IMG/VR virus record: IMGVR_UViG_3300020576_005251
Coordinates: 32,001 to 96,000 of that record
Strand: one strand, 5' to 3'
DNA: 64,000 nt
DNA from: a virus
Lineage: Duplodnaviria; Caudoviricetes
Both the position numbers and the translations under genes were made by a program. The notes below the pieces were generated by a model. The model saw only the letters and a program-made list of their open reading frames with translations, made no database searches and was not told where the DNA came from. Shown here one piece after another: positions 55,544 to 64,000 of this stretch; the stretch's first letter is position 1, and every line of letters begins with the position of its first letter.

Positions 55544-57157
55544 ATGCTCGATCTCACCGTCACCTCATACGGTCCCAACGCGCTGTCCGACCTCAGCGGT
55601 CTCGGCGCGCTCAACGCCGAGGCCGAGTTCCTCGGCGCCAACAACGGCAGCGCCAGCGCGGGCGGCACCACGACCGTGTTCCGCATCTCCAACGCCGACT
55701 GGGATCGGATCCGGCCGCAGCTGCGCAAGCTCGCCGAGATGCGCATCCCCCTCGTCGAGAACGGCGCCACCGTGGCGGGCGTGCAGCGCCCGCTGCTCAC
55801 CTACACGCTCACGCAGTCGATCGGCAACCATCCCCGCATCACGCGCGTGGAAGAGACCGCGCCCGTGAGCCCCTACACCGACGGCGCCCTCGTGGTGCGC
55901 GGCATGAACCTCCTGGGCGGGATCCAGGCCAAGCTCGACCTGTTCACGCAGAGCGTGGCTGTGGCCTCGGGGCCCACCGGCACGCAGCGCTTCCAGAGCG
56001 CCGTGCGCGCGCTGCGATTCACCGCCGTGCCCTTCGGCCCGCGCGGTCGCAAGATCGGGATCCGCATCATGGAGCCCGGGGTCACCAGCGTCTCCGTGGT
56101 CCTGATCGGCGACGAAGAGGTGCGGATCACCGTGACGCCCGGGACGGCGTCGAACACCGCGACGCTGATCGCCGCCCAGATCCTCGGCAGCACCGTCGCC
56201 AGCTACTACGTCACCGCGACGGCCCTCGTGGGCAGCGCGCTGATCGGTCCCACCGCCAGCGTCGGGTCGCCGTCGCCCACGCCGCCGCAGGTGCGTCTCC
56301 CGGAGTTCCTCTACCTCCGTGGCGGTGACGGCGGTGGTGTGGCCGAGCTGCTCGTGCCCGTGGTCGCGGGCGTCGCGACCAACGGCCTCAAGCTCGTCGC
56401 GCAGAAGGCGGGCAACCCGGGGAACAACGTCTCCCTGGTGCTGCGCATGGAGCAGGGCGCCGACGCGGTCACGGTCTCGAACGGGCGCATCACGGTGGAC
56501 CGCACGGGCGCCACCGAGACCCTCGCGAACCTCGTGACCGCGATCAACGGCAACGCGACCGCAGCGGCCCTCGTCCTCGCGAGCGCGCGCGGCACGGGTT
56601 CGCTCGGCGCGAAGGGCCCGCTGTACCTCTATGGTGGTGGCGGCGAAGAGCCGGTGGCGACCGTCGGTGGCGCTGCCGCCACGGTGACGGAGCACACCAA
56701 CACCTCGCTCAAGCTGGCCGTCCCCGCCGCTGCGTACCTCGCGGCCGGTGGGGCCGATCAGATGTCGGCGGTGATCCAGATCCTGCTGGGAGACCGCAAG
56801 ATGAGCGCGCAGGTGATGGTCGGTGCCGCGCGCACCGCGTCGTTCCGCGCCACTGTGCGCGCGCAGTTGGCCGTGATGATCGCCACGCCGGGTGCGGCCA
56901 TCGACGGCGTCATGATGGACGCGGGCGAACGCTTCTGGACCACCTCGCAGGGCGAGGCCACGCAGGACGGCCTCTACGTCTGGAACGGTGCTTCGGTGCC
57001 CGCGACGCGGGCGCCGGAGATGCCGGTGGGGATGGACGTGGCGGGGATGCTGGTCTCGATCAGCGAAGGCACCGAGGCGGGCAAGGTGGCCCAGGTGACC
57101 AACGTGACGGGCGGGGGCATCATCGGAACGCACGGCCTGACCGACGCGTTCGTCTGA
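55544..57157 (+). CDS. Virion structural protein with tail-fibre-like C-terminal motif
   Basis: A/T/G/V-rich repeated beta domains; IDGV...GER...Q...QDGLYVW...TRA resembles a common tail-fibre module. Confidence 0.6.
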   Translation: MLDLTVTSYGPNALSDLSGLGALNAEAEFLGANNGSASAGGTTTVFRISNADWDRIRPQLRKLAEMRIPLVENGATVAGVQRPLLTYTLTQSIGNHPRITRVEETAPVSPYTDGALVVRGMNLLGGIQAKLDLFTQSVAVASGPTGTQRFQSAVRALRFTAVPFGPRGRKIGIRIMEPGVTSVSVVLIGDEEVRITVTPGTASNTATLIAAQILGSTVASYYVTATALVGSALIGPTASVGSPSPTPPQVRLPEFLYLRGGDGGGVAELLVPVVAGVATNGLKLVAQKAGNPGNNVSLVLRMEQGADAVTVSNGRITVDRTGATETLANLVTAINGNATAAALVLASARGTGSLGAKGPLYLYGGGGEEPVATVGGAAATVTEHTNTSLKLAVPAAAYLAAGGADQMSAVIQILLGDRKMSAQVMVGAARTASFRATVRAQLAVMIATPGAAIDGVMMDAGERFWTTSQGEATQDGLYVWNGASVPATRAPEMPVGMDVAGMLVSISEGTEAGKVAQVTNVTGGGIIGTHGLTDAFV

Positions 57158-57637
57158 TCAAGTTCTCGTGCCAGGGCGCCCAGGCTTCGTGCCGGGCGCC
57201 TTGGCCGGGGCCTTCGGCTCGATCTTCGGCTCGATCTTCTCCTCGGGCTTCTCCTCGACCTTCTCCTCGGTCTTCTCCTCGGGCTTCTCCTCGGGCTTCT
57301 CCTCGGGCTTCGACTCGGGCTTCTCCTCGCCCTCGATCTCAGGCAACACCTCCCACCCACTCGCCAGCCGCGTGGACTTGACGGTCGTTCGCGTGGTCAG
57401 AATCTTGACCGCGCGACGAGACGCGTTCGTGAACATCTCCACGGCGAGATCCCGATCTCCCGCCTCGGGATTGTCTTCCAGCGTCACGTGGAACGTCTTC
57501 TCTCCCAGGGGGCCGCGCAGGATGAGCCACGTGCTGCGCTGGCCCGGAGGCAGCTCCAGCACCAGCGTGGTGCCGTTGTGCGGGTTGATGACCGAGAACG
57601 AGATGCCGCTGGTTTCGAGCAGAGTAGATTCTTTCAT
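57158..57637 (-). CDS. Hypothetical protein with EEKP repeat tail
   Basis: 159 aa; 12-bp repeats at about 57210-57330. Confidence 0.6.
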   Translation of the reverse strand: MKESTLLETSGISFSVINPHNGTTLVLELPPGQRSTWLILRGPLGEKTFHVTLEDNPEAGDRDLAVEMFTNASRRAVKILTTRTTVKSTRLASGWEVLPEIEGEEKPESKPEEKPEEKPEEKTEEKVEEKPEEKIEPKIEPKAPAKAPGTKPGRPGTRT

Positions 57638-57675
57638 GTCCCGGAGCCTATCAGATGTACTCTTAGAGCACTAGG

Positions 57676-59349
57676 ATGACGTGGTCCACCGTACTGCCCA
57701 GCCTCCCCTCGGAGGTCCTCTCAGCGGCGCAAGCCCTGACGAGCGCCGCATCCGTAGCCCGTGAGGGGTTGCAAGCCGCGCGCGTCGTCATGCAGGCCCA
57801 AACAGCGCTGGTGAACGAGAGCGTCGGCGGCGCCCTCTCCGCCGCACAGTCTCTGCTCGATGGCGCCGTGAGCGCCTTGGAGGATGCGGTTCAGAGCCTG
57901 CTCGGTGACACGGGGCTCTACGTGCTGATGGTCCCACTGCCCAAGAAGGGGTTGGCCTACTACCTGCCGCAGAGCCTCACGCTCCCCTCCGCCGCGCCCA
58001 CGGGAGCCCTGAATGCGCGCGTAGGGAGCGATGTGAGTCAGCTGCCCTCGTGGCGAAGGGCCTTCGACAGCAGCGCACTCTTCACGGGCGGCAACGCGCA
58101 CTTTCTGAAAACGGTCGCGAACTCGATCACAGACCCGGGGGACGGGTGCCGACCCCAGTTCTCCCGTACGTCGTATTGGGGATACGTCGCCCTGGTCGCG
58201 GGAGCCTCGGACATCAGCGCGGCCATGAGCATCGCCGGGTACGTAGACAGCCTCTTTCGTCGCGAGGGGGGCTCCGAACAGCTCGCCGCTGGTAGCTCGG
58301 ACATGAGCCTGATCGCTACGGGACTGCGCGCCCGTGCCTCTACCCAGGGCGAGCTGGTCGTGGTCGAGTGGAGCCCGCTGGTCAGTCGACCCATTGGAGA
58401 CGACTGGATCTGCGCGCCGTGGAAGTACGCCCTCATCCGCTCGGAGTCTCCCGAAGCGATGACCGCGAGACGTGTCCTGGACCTCTTCTCGACGGTCGAT
58501 CTGCGCGAGGGGATGGCGGGGCGGTTCGGGTCCAAGGTGCTGAAGCTCGCCACGTACAACGGGATGGTGAATCGCTACGTAGACGAGAGCGAAGTCATCA
58601 CCAACCAGACCTACTACTACCACCTCGCCGTTCGGACCCGCGCCGAAAGCCCACAGGGCGAACGCAAAGAGTGGCCCTTCGACCTCGTCTCTTCGGCGGT
58701 CCGCTACCGTAGAACCTCCCGCACAGCGCCCCCGGGGCGGCGCGGAACACCCCCGGATTGGTATCGGAGCCCTAGTGTCTTGAGCCTGATCCCTCCTCTC
58801 GGGCGCCTCTCCGATCAGCTCCTTGAGGCCGTGGGGAGCATGCGATCGAGCAGCACCCAAGTGCTGAGCTACGGACGTGCCGCGCTCGACGCATTGGATC
58901 GGACGATCACACGCCTCGGGCGCATCATCTCAGACCTCGAACAAGTCCTTGGTCAGCTGAATGCGGTCTACTCGACACCATCTGCCAATGTCCACGTCCT
59001 GATTCAACAGGGTCAGGGAGACGCGATGTCCGTTGTGAAGGACCTCGCGACCCAGATGGACGCGCTCGACGACCCGAATCGCCCCGCGTTTGACACGGGT
59101 GACGAGTACGTCTGTGGGATGCTCGCCGTCGCAACTGCACCGAGTGAGGCGGCGCTGGTCCCGCTGATGGCCATGCTACAGGGCCTCTTCAACGGCTCGG
59201 CGCTTGACCCCGTTCTGGCTGGAATCGAGTCCGTACAAGGTGCGTTGGGTGTCGTGCGTACGACCTTGACGGAACCAACGCCTTCGCTCACGTTCAACGA
59301 AGACCTCACCGCTCGCCCTGCCGGTCAGGGCGACTCCACCTGCGAGTAG
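57676..59349 (+). CDS. Putative baseplate/structural protein
   Basis: 557 aa; helical termini and an FN3-like centre (YVDE...TYYYHL). Confidence 0.55.
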   Translation: MTWSTVLPSLPSEVLSAAQALTSAASVAREGLQAARVVMQAQTALVNESVGGALSAAQSLLDGAVSALEDAVQSLLGDTGLYVLMVPLPKKGLAYYLPQSLTLPSAAPTGALNARVGSDVSQLPSWRRAFDSSALFTGGNAHFLKTVANSITDPGDGCRPQFSRTSYWGYVALVAGASDISAAMSIAGYVDSLFRREGGSEQLAAGSSDMSLIATGLRARASTQGELVVVEWSPLVSRPIGDDWICAPWKYALIRSESPEAMTARRVLDLFSTVDLREGMAGRFGSKVLKLATYNGMVNRYVDESEVITNQTYYYHLAVRTRAESPQGERKEWPFDLVSSAVRYRRTSRTAPPGRRGTPPDWYRSPSVLSLIPPLGRLSDQLLEAVGSMRSSSTQVLSYGRAALDALDRTITRLGRIISDLEQVLGQLNAVYSTPSANVHVLIQQGQGDAMSVVKDLATQMDALDDPNRPAFDTGDEYVCGMLAVATAPSEAALVPLMAMLQGLFNGSALDPVLAGIESVQGALGVVRTTLTEPTPSLTFNEDLTARPAGQGDSTCE

Positions 59350-59351
59350 CA

Positions 59352-59729
59352 ATGCCGACCTACGACTACAAGTGCGACCGTGGCCACACCTTCGAGCGCT
59401 TCTGTTCGATCAGCGCGAAGGAGGCCGATCCGACGCCTCCCTGCCCCTGCATCGAAGGCGATGACAAGGCCACCTGCGGTCAGATCAGCCGACAGATCCT
59501 GAGCTCGATGCCAGCGCTCAACAACACCGAGATCTACATCCTGGACTACCCCGGGTCGAAACGACTCAAGGCCGGGTACGTGCACTCACACGTCGATCCC
59601 GGCCCTACGAAGGTGTCGTCAGGCTTCGGTGGTTGCCTCAATCCGTCGACGGCACCTCTTCACCCTCTGGCTGAGAAGGTGTCTCCGGACTGGAAGAATC
59701 GGAAGCGGGCGACAGAGAACCGGCGATAG
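59352..59729 (+). CDS. FmdB-type zinc-ribbon protein
   Basis: MPTYDYKCDRGHTFE...CPC. Confidence 0.72.
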   Translation: MPTYDYKCDRGHTFERFCSISAKEADPTPPCPCIEGDDKATCGQISRQILSSMPALNNTEIYILDYPGSKRLKAGYVHSHVDPGPTKVSSGFGGCLNPSTAPLHPLAEKVSPDWKNRKRATENRR

Positions 59730-60096
59730 GCTGAAGCTCAGGCGTGAAGCCGAGCATGCCGAGGAAGCTGCGCAGGCAGTTGATGCGGCTCTGATCTTCG
59801 ATGGGATCCGCCCCCACAGGCGCGCGACGCGCGATGAACCCCGTCAGGCTGATCCACATGTTGAAGAGCTGCTCCGTCGTCATCCGCGACACATCCCCCG
59901 AGGGCTCCAGCATCGCGACCGAGAGCATGACCTGATCCTCATGCCGCATGGCTCGCACGAGGAGACCGAAGTCCGCGCTCAGTCGCCCCCATCTCTGAGC
60001 CTCCTTCTCCGTGGTCCCATCTTCGAAGTCCTTCGATCCAGCCACGCGGACTCGGATCTCCAGCGGCCTCTTGGTCGTCCAGTATTGGTCATCCAT
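59638..60096 (-). CDS. Hypothetical protein
   Basis: 152 aa; its 3' end overlaps the convergent zinc-ribbon gene. Confidence 0.5.
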   Translation of the reverse strand: MDDQYWTTKRPLEIRVRVAGSKDFEDGTTEKEAQRWGRLSADFGLLVRAMRHEDQVMLSVAMLEPSGDVSRMTTEQLFNMWISLTGFIARRAPVGADPIEDQSRINCLRSFLGMLGFTPELQPIAGSLSPASDSSSPETPSQPEGEEVPSTD

Positions 60097-60122
60097 AGAG
60101 GAAGAGGTTACACTGCTTTGCC

Positions 60123-60968
60123 ATGGACCACTACCTGATTATCAACGGGCGTCGCGTCAACACCCCCTTCGAGTGCCTCAACTGGGAGAACGCCCCCACG
60201 AAGGTCAAGAAGCACACGAAGGTCAATCCACGCACGAGCGCATGCCGCACGATCTGGTGCCACACCGTGCATGGGCGGACGTGTCGCAGGCTGGCGCCCG
60301 GAGGCAAGGCATCCACCCGAGACCTGACCTGGGCGCGCTCCCACTTCAACTCGACCCGTGGTGCTTCCACGGACGGATACATCGACACGGATGGCTCGAT
60401 GGTGTGGTGCAACGACCCGGTCAAGACCTACACCTGGGGCGCGGGGGCGGTGAACCGCTACGGGATGCACATCGAGCTCGTCACGGATGAGAACGGGCAG
60501 ATGTACGAGGACACCCTCAAGACCTGGGGACTCTTCTGCATGATCGCGACGGCCGAGCTCGGGATCCAGCGCCAGACCCCGTGGGATCTCACGCTCAATA
60601 CGCCGTACGCGGGGCGCGTCTTCGACTGCGACCCCGAACGCATGGGCAAGAACACGGTGGGAGTCCTGGGGCACCGGAACGCCTGGACGCACCCCAAGAA
60701 GGCGGACGGCACGAAGGATCTGAGCCGCTACACGCCGCAGCGCGGCTTCGGCGACCCCAACGACTTCCCCTTCACGTGGCTCGTCGAGCACCACGCCTTC
60801 GAGAAGCTGGTCTTCCACGGCGGTGACAGCCAAAGTGAGCCGCCCGTGCGGGCCCTCTGGCGCGCACGCCAGAGGGCCCTCGGGCTGACGGATGACGGGG
60901 TGCCCCTGAAGGACACCGTGGCGGCGCTCAAGCGCGAAGGGAGGGCGAACGGGTTGTGGGTGGAGTGA
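60123..60968 (+). CDS. Endolysin: N-acetylmuramoyl-L-alanine amidase (Amidase_2-like) with peptidoglycan-binding tail
   Basis: CHTV, YIDTDGS, WGAGAVN...HIEL, VLGHRN, GDP; C-terminal RQRALGLTDDGV. Confidence 0.75.
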   Translation: MDHYLIINGRRVNTPFECLNWENAPTKVKKHTKVNPRTSACRTIWCHTVHGRTCRRLAPGGKASTRDLTWARSHFNSTRGASTDGYIDTDGSMVWCNDPVKTYTWGAGAVNRYGMHIELVTDENGQMYEDTLKTWGLFCMIATAELGIQRQTPWDLTLNTPYAGRVFDCDPERMGKNTVGVLGHRNAWTHPKKADGTKDLSRYTPQRGFGDPNDFPFTWLVEHHAFEKLVFHGGDSQSEPPVRALWRARQRALGLTDDGVPLKDTVAALKREGRANGLWVE

Positions 60969-61325
60969 TCAGCGAATCTGCTTCGCGTTCATGATGACCG
61001 CGTTGCCCACGATCACCGAGTAGCTTGCGCCCTCGCGCATGGCCCAGTTCGTGGCCTTCTCGTTGGGCGGGAGCTTCCTGAGCAGCCCCTCCTCGTTCAC
61101 CACCATGAGCGTCCCACCGTCGGCGGAGCGGAGGAGCTCGATGTCGCCGCCGACGTACTCCCGAAGCGCCTCCAGCGTGAAGTGGTTGCCGTTGGTCGGG
61201 AGAACCTGCTCCGAGGTGCCGTCGGTGCGGTAGAGCGTCGCCGGGGTGATGGTGGGGGCGGGCTTGGCGGCGCGCGGCTTGGTCGTCTTCTTGGTCGTCG
61301 GCTTGGTCGTCTTCTTGGTCGTCAT
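60969..61325 (-). CDS. DUF3846-like protein
   Basis: LEALREYVGGDIE...VNEEG...LPPNEKAT...IVGNAV; start at MTTKK (61325) after GGCAGAG. Confidence 0.7.
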   Translation of the reverse strand: MTTKKTTKPTTKKTTKPRAAKPAPTITPATLYRTDGTSEQVLPTNGNHFTLEALREYVGGDIELLRSADGGTLMVVNEEGLLRKLPPNEKATNWAMREGASYSVIVGNAVIMNAKQIR

Positions 61326-61957
61326 GTCTCTGCCTTGGAGTAGTTGGTGAGTCCCTGGATGATCGCAGGGGTGAGGACGTGCTTGATGGTCTGGAGCGCG
61401 GCGACTTCGTCCGCCGCGATCCTCTTGGCGGTCTCGTTCTTCGCCATGAGCGCCGCCGCCCTGGAAGCGACGACGGAGGAGAGCGTGCGTGCCAGTGCGT
61501 CGCCGGAGTTCATGCCACGTGCGACGACGACGGAGGCCGCGTGGCTGCACGCGAGTGCCGCAGCCTGGGCGGCGTGGTTCGTTCGATAGTAGCGCGCGGC
61601 GTCTTGGCAATAACGTTGGGCGTCGGAGATCGCGTTCACTGACGTACCGCCTGCCGTCCAGACGGCAATCGCGTACAACGCGTTTCGAGGGTGATGCTCT
61701 TCAGCCGGGACGTTCTCCAGGGCCGTGTTCGCGCAGGCGATCGCCGCCCGTACGATCACCTCGTGGGAGAGGAGACGATGGCGATACATCTCCCTCACGA
61801 TGTGCATGAACCGCTCCTGGGTATTGCATTCCTCCAGGGCGCGCTCCCAGTCAGTGCCGAAGGGGAGCGCCCACGCCACGAGTTCCGCCAGGACCCTGGG
61901 GCTGAACCCAGGGCGTGGCCCCAGGCGCTTGAGGAGCGTGTGGAGCGGGGGTCTCAC
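61322..61957 (-). CDS. Ala-rich helical hypothetical protein (Imm5-like pattern)
   Basis: AIACANTAL...HPRNALYAIAVW followed by Ala-rich helices; GTGA coupling. Confidence 0.5.
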   Translation of the reverse strand: MRPPLHTLLKRLGPRPGFSPRVLAELVAWALPFGTDWERALEECNTQERFMHIVREMYRHRLLSHEVIVRAAIACANTALENVPAEEHHPRNALYAIAVWTAGGTSVNAISDAQRYCQDAARYYRTNHAAQAAALACSHAASVVVARGMNSGDALARTLSSVVASRAAALMAKNETAKRIAADEVAALQTIKHVLTPAIIQGLTNYSKAET

Positions 61958-62307
61958 GGGAGCCTCCGTGTGACGGTGTCGATGACCCACTTGCGGTCGT
62001 GTGCCGCCAGCGAGTCGAGCAGCTTGGTCACGCTCTGGAGAACCTCCTCATGCTGCGGAGTGCGGACCAGACCCTCGGCACGCGCGGCGCCGAAGAGCGC
62101 GTCCCAGGCGGGGTATGCACCACGCGTGTACGACTTTGACCATACGGCGTACGGGAGCGAGAGGTAGTCGTGACTCTTGTCCCCCACGCGCCGAAGCCCA
62201 CTGCCTCCGTCGCTGTTCCGGCAGAAGTACCAGTCTTCGTTGTCATGGACTGCGAGCAGCACGCACTGGTCGCAGTCGTGCTTGAATCGAGGCTTGAGTT
62301 TCGTCAT
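61954..62307 (-). CDS. Hypothetical protein
   Basis: PRFKHDCDQC...DWYFC; GGAAAGATAGG upstream. Confidence 0.6.
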   Translation of the reverse strand: MTKLKPRFKHDCDQCVLLAVHDNEDWYFCRNSDGGSGLRRVGDKSHDYLSLPYAVWSKSYTRGAYPAWDALFGAARAEGLVRTPQHEEVLQSVTKLLDSLAAHDRKWVIDTVTRRLP

Positions 62308-62321
62308 CCTATCTTTCCTCC

Positions 62322-62705
62322 ATGAGTCTCTCGATCAATCTCGAAGGCACCCTGTCGCTCCAGCTGACGGAAGAGTCGCGCCCGTCGCTGGTGCCGGTGC
62401 GCTTCACGCGCAACTACACCAAGAAGGCGATGCACACCTTCGCGCACACCACGCCCCTCACCAACTCGGCGGTGGGTCAGGGGGCCGTGACTGCGCCGAA
62501 GCTCGTGATCATCTGGGTGCGCGCGGGCACCGTGAGCTTCTCCTGGGCGAACGACGGTGCCGCGCCCACGGTGATCAAGGCGAGCGACACGCCGCCCCCC
62601 GGCGACCCGCCTGTGATGATCCTGATGCGGGACGACCCCGGCGCCGGTCAGCTGTACATGACGACGACGGGGCCCGTGGAAGGCGACGTGTGGGTGTTCA
62701 GCTGA
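62322..62705 (+). CDS. Hypothetical, possibly structural beta-rich protein
   Basis: 127 aa with strong codon bias. Confidence 0.6.
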   Translation: MSLSINLEGTLSLQLTEESRPSLVPVRFTRNYTKKAMHTFAHTTPLTNSAVGQGAVTAPKLVIIWVRAGTVSFSWANDGAAPTVIKASDTPPPGDPPVMILMRDDPGAGQLYMTTTGPVEGDVWVFS

Positions 62706-62979
62706 GAGGTAGCGGCCCGGCGAATACGAGTGCCTGGGTGTCGTACTTGAAGCGCTTCGAGACGCGTTCCAGTAGTGACGGGAGCACGCGCGCAAGGGCG
62801 TCTGACTCCTGGTAACGGGTCTCCATCTCTGAGCACACTTCGCCATGCAGCGATTTGAACGTGACGCGCTTCGGACGAAGAAATAGAACGCCCACCGTGT
62901 GCGCGTTGTAACAGACAACGTACAGATGTGGTGCGTCACTCTTGGGGTGGCTGATGAGTGTCTGGATTGATTGGTACAT
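62698..62979 (-). CDS. Hypothetical protein
   Basis: ATG at 62979 after AGGAGGG. Confidence 0.5.
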   Translation of the reverse strand: MYQSIQTLISHPKSDAPHLYVVCYNAHTVGVLFLRPKRVTFKSLHGEVCSEMETRYQESDALARVLPSLLERVSKRFKYDTQALVFAGPLPLS

Positions 62980-62987
62980 GATCCCTC

Positions 62988-63188
62988 CTAGGCGTAGGCG
63001 CACCAGCAGTCGTAGTGATCGCTGAGGCGGAAGCCCAAGCGGATCAGTTCGACGCGATCATCATCACTCAGCGGGAGTTGGCTCGACGCCAGGAAGATCA
63101 CGTCGTGCTCAGCCCCGGAGAGGGTCTCGTCCTCACCGACGTATCGAGCCACGATCTCGATGCCGCGCTTGAGGTTCGCGAGGGTCAC
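62988..63188 (-). CDS. Small hypothetical protein
   Basis: GTGA-coupled start; AEHDVIF...LIRLGF...W pattern. Confidence 0.55.
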   Translation of the reverse strand: MTLANLKRGIEIVARYVGEDETLSGAEHDVIFLASSQLPLSDDDRVELIRLGFRLSDHYDCWCAYA

Positions 63189-63484
63189 GGGATCCTCACG
63201 GGGCCGTCGAAGACATACCGCGCGGGGTCGGTCGTGTGGTACCGGGCGAACGCGTTGAGCGCCTCCACCAGCAGCTCTGAGGGTCCCTCGTGTAGCACCG
63301 TGTAGAGCGTGGTTTCGGCCCCTCCGTGGATCGGCTTGATCTGCACCGAGGTGCCGTTCGACATGGGTTGGATGAAAAGGATACCAACAACTTCGTCGGT
63401 GTCCTCCAGGAGCCGCTGGACCACGTAGGCGTGAGCCGTGTCCCCACGATCGTACAGCCTCAGGTAGGCGAGTGTGTGTCTCAT
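63185..63484 (-). CDS. Hypothetical protein
   Basis: ATG at 63484; 99 aa. Confidence 0.5.
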   Translation of the reverse strand: MRHTLAYLRLYDRGDTAHAYVVQRLLEDTDEVVGILFIQPMSNGTSVQIKPIHGGAETTLYTVLHEGPSELLVEALNAFARYHTTDPARYVFDGPVRIP

Positions 63485-63515
63485 GTGTTCTTCTACCAGA
63501 ACACACCCCCGCTTT

Positions 63516-64000
63516 TCAGCCCCAGGGCACCCACGGATTCTCCACCACCTGATCCCAGTGCTCCCGGCAGCGCGCCTCGTAACTCTCCGCGCCGCCCACC
63601 AGCACCCGCCCCTTGGTCTGGGTCGTCCGGTGGGTCCAGGCAGCGGGCGCCCCGCAGACGGCACACTTGGCTGTTTTGTGGAGGAGTACCGACGCCAGGG
63701 GGATCAGCTGGGCGACGTTCTCGAAGGGCGCCCCCAGGTAATCGTGTAGCAATCCTGCGGCGTACACCGGGAGGCGCCGCCGTCCCAGGAGGGCCAACTC
63801 CCGGACGACCCAGGCGCCGTACAGCTGCACCTCGTCCACCACGACCGCCTTCAGGTCGGGCCGGGGGTAGACGAGCGCCTGGAGCTGCGCGGCGGAGTCT
63901 ACGGCGTGGGCCGGGCAGCTGAGGCCCGAATGGCTGCGCAGCATGTCGCCTGAGCGATGGTCAGAGGTGGGGACCACGACCACCACCGAGTGGGCGCCGT
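63516..64000 (-). CDS. tdk: Thymidine kinase (5' end outside the window)
   Basis: RSHSG, VVDEVQ, AGLLHDYLGAPF, CAVCG, VGGAESYEARCREHW. Confidence 0.9.
   Translation of the reverse strand, partial: GAHSVVVVVPTSDHRSGDMLRSHSGLSCPAHAVDSAAQLQALVYPRPDLKAVVVDEVQLYGAWVVRELALLGRRRLPVYAAGLLHDYLGAPFENVAQLIPLASVLLHKTAKCAVCGAPAAWTHRTTQTKGRVLVGGAESYEARCREHWDQVVENPWVPWG

Larger units (their letters stand above)
25..62151. repeat. Dispersed palindromic motif TACG[C/G]CGTA, at least 36 copies
   Basis: Starts at 25, 1194, 1957, 2756, 5760, 8704, 9514, 12485, 14769, 17889, 17941, 19488, 20104, 21809, 22592, 23360, 24218, 26046, 28008, 30063, 31796, 33701, 34839, 36999, 39177, 40375, 43119, 43752, 45511, 48076, 49649, 51739, 53324, 55433, 60599, 62143. 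Confidence 0.92.

Noticed and set aside
25-62151. Dispersed motif as CRISPR repeats, REP elements or a conserved peptide
   Set aside because: Too short and kilobases apart, mostly inside genes, and read in different frames and strands.
1-64000. tRNA, rRNA, integrase/att sites, phage tubulin or nuclear-shell genes
   Set aside because: No recognisable signatures in this window; they could lie elsewhere in the genome.

Overview
This window is a ~64 kb slice of a large, GC-rich (roughly two-thirds G+C by eye) tailed phage genome with a contractile tail. I found no host housekeeping genes, rRNA, tRNA, CRISPR array or integrase. Layout: terminase (3.8-5.4 kb); a minus-strand replication block (DnaQ-like exonuclease, UDG-fused PolA, primase-helicase, PD-(D/E)XK nuclease, ParB-like protein, SNF2 helicase) with a plus-strand sigma-70 gene inside it; a long plus-strand virion block (portal, a multisubunit RNA polymerase split as beta+beta'-N and beta'-C, many putative internal head proteins, prohead protease, capsid, neck, sheath, tube, spike); then an amidase endolysin, small accessory genes and thymidine kinase. 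Four signals stand out. (1) A 9-bp interrupted palindrome TACG[C/G]CGTA, ideal form CAATACGSCGTATTG, occurs at least 36 times by manual count, in any reading frame, often about 2 kb apart; a ParB-like gene is a candidate reader. (2) A K-x-A motif pervades the head-block proteins and brackets a P-loop kinase-like and a pyrophosphatase-like domain inserted in the RNAP beta subunit, suggesting protease-processed virion polyproteins. (3) An atypical intein follows the RNAP catalytic DxDGD and carries its own internal promoter, RBS and in-frame ATG. (4) Four convergent gene pairs abut exactly at TGATCA. All calls come from reading motifs by eye; no database search was run.
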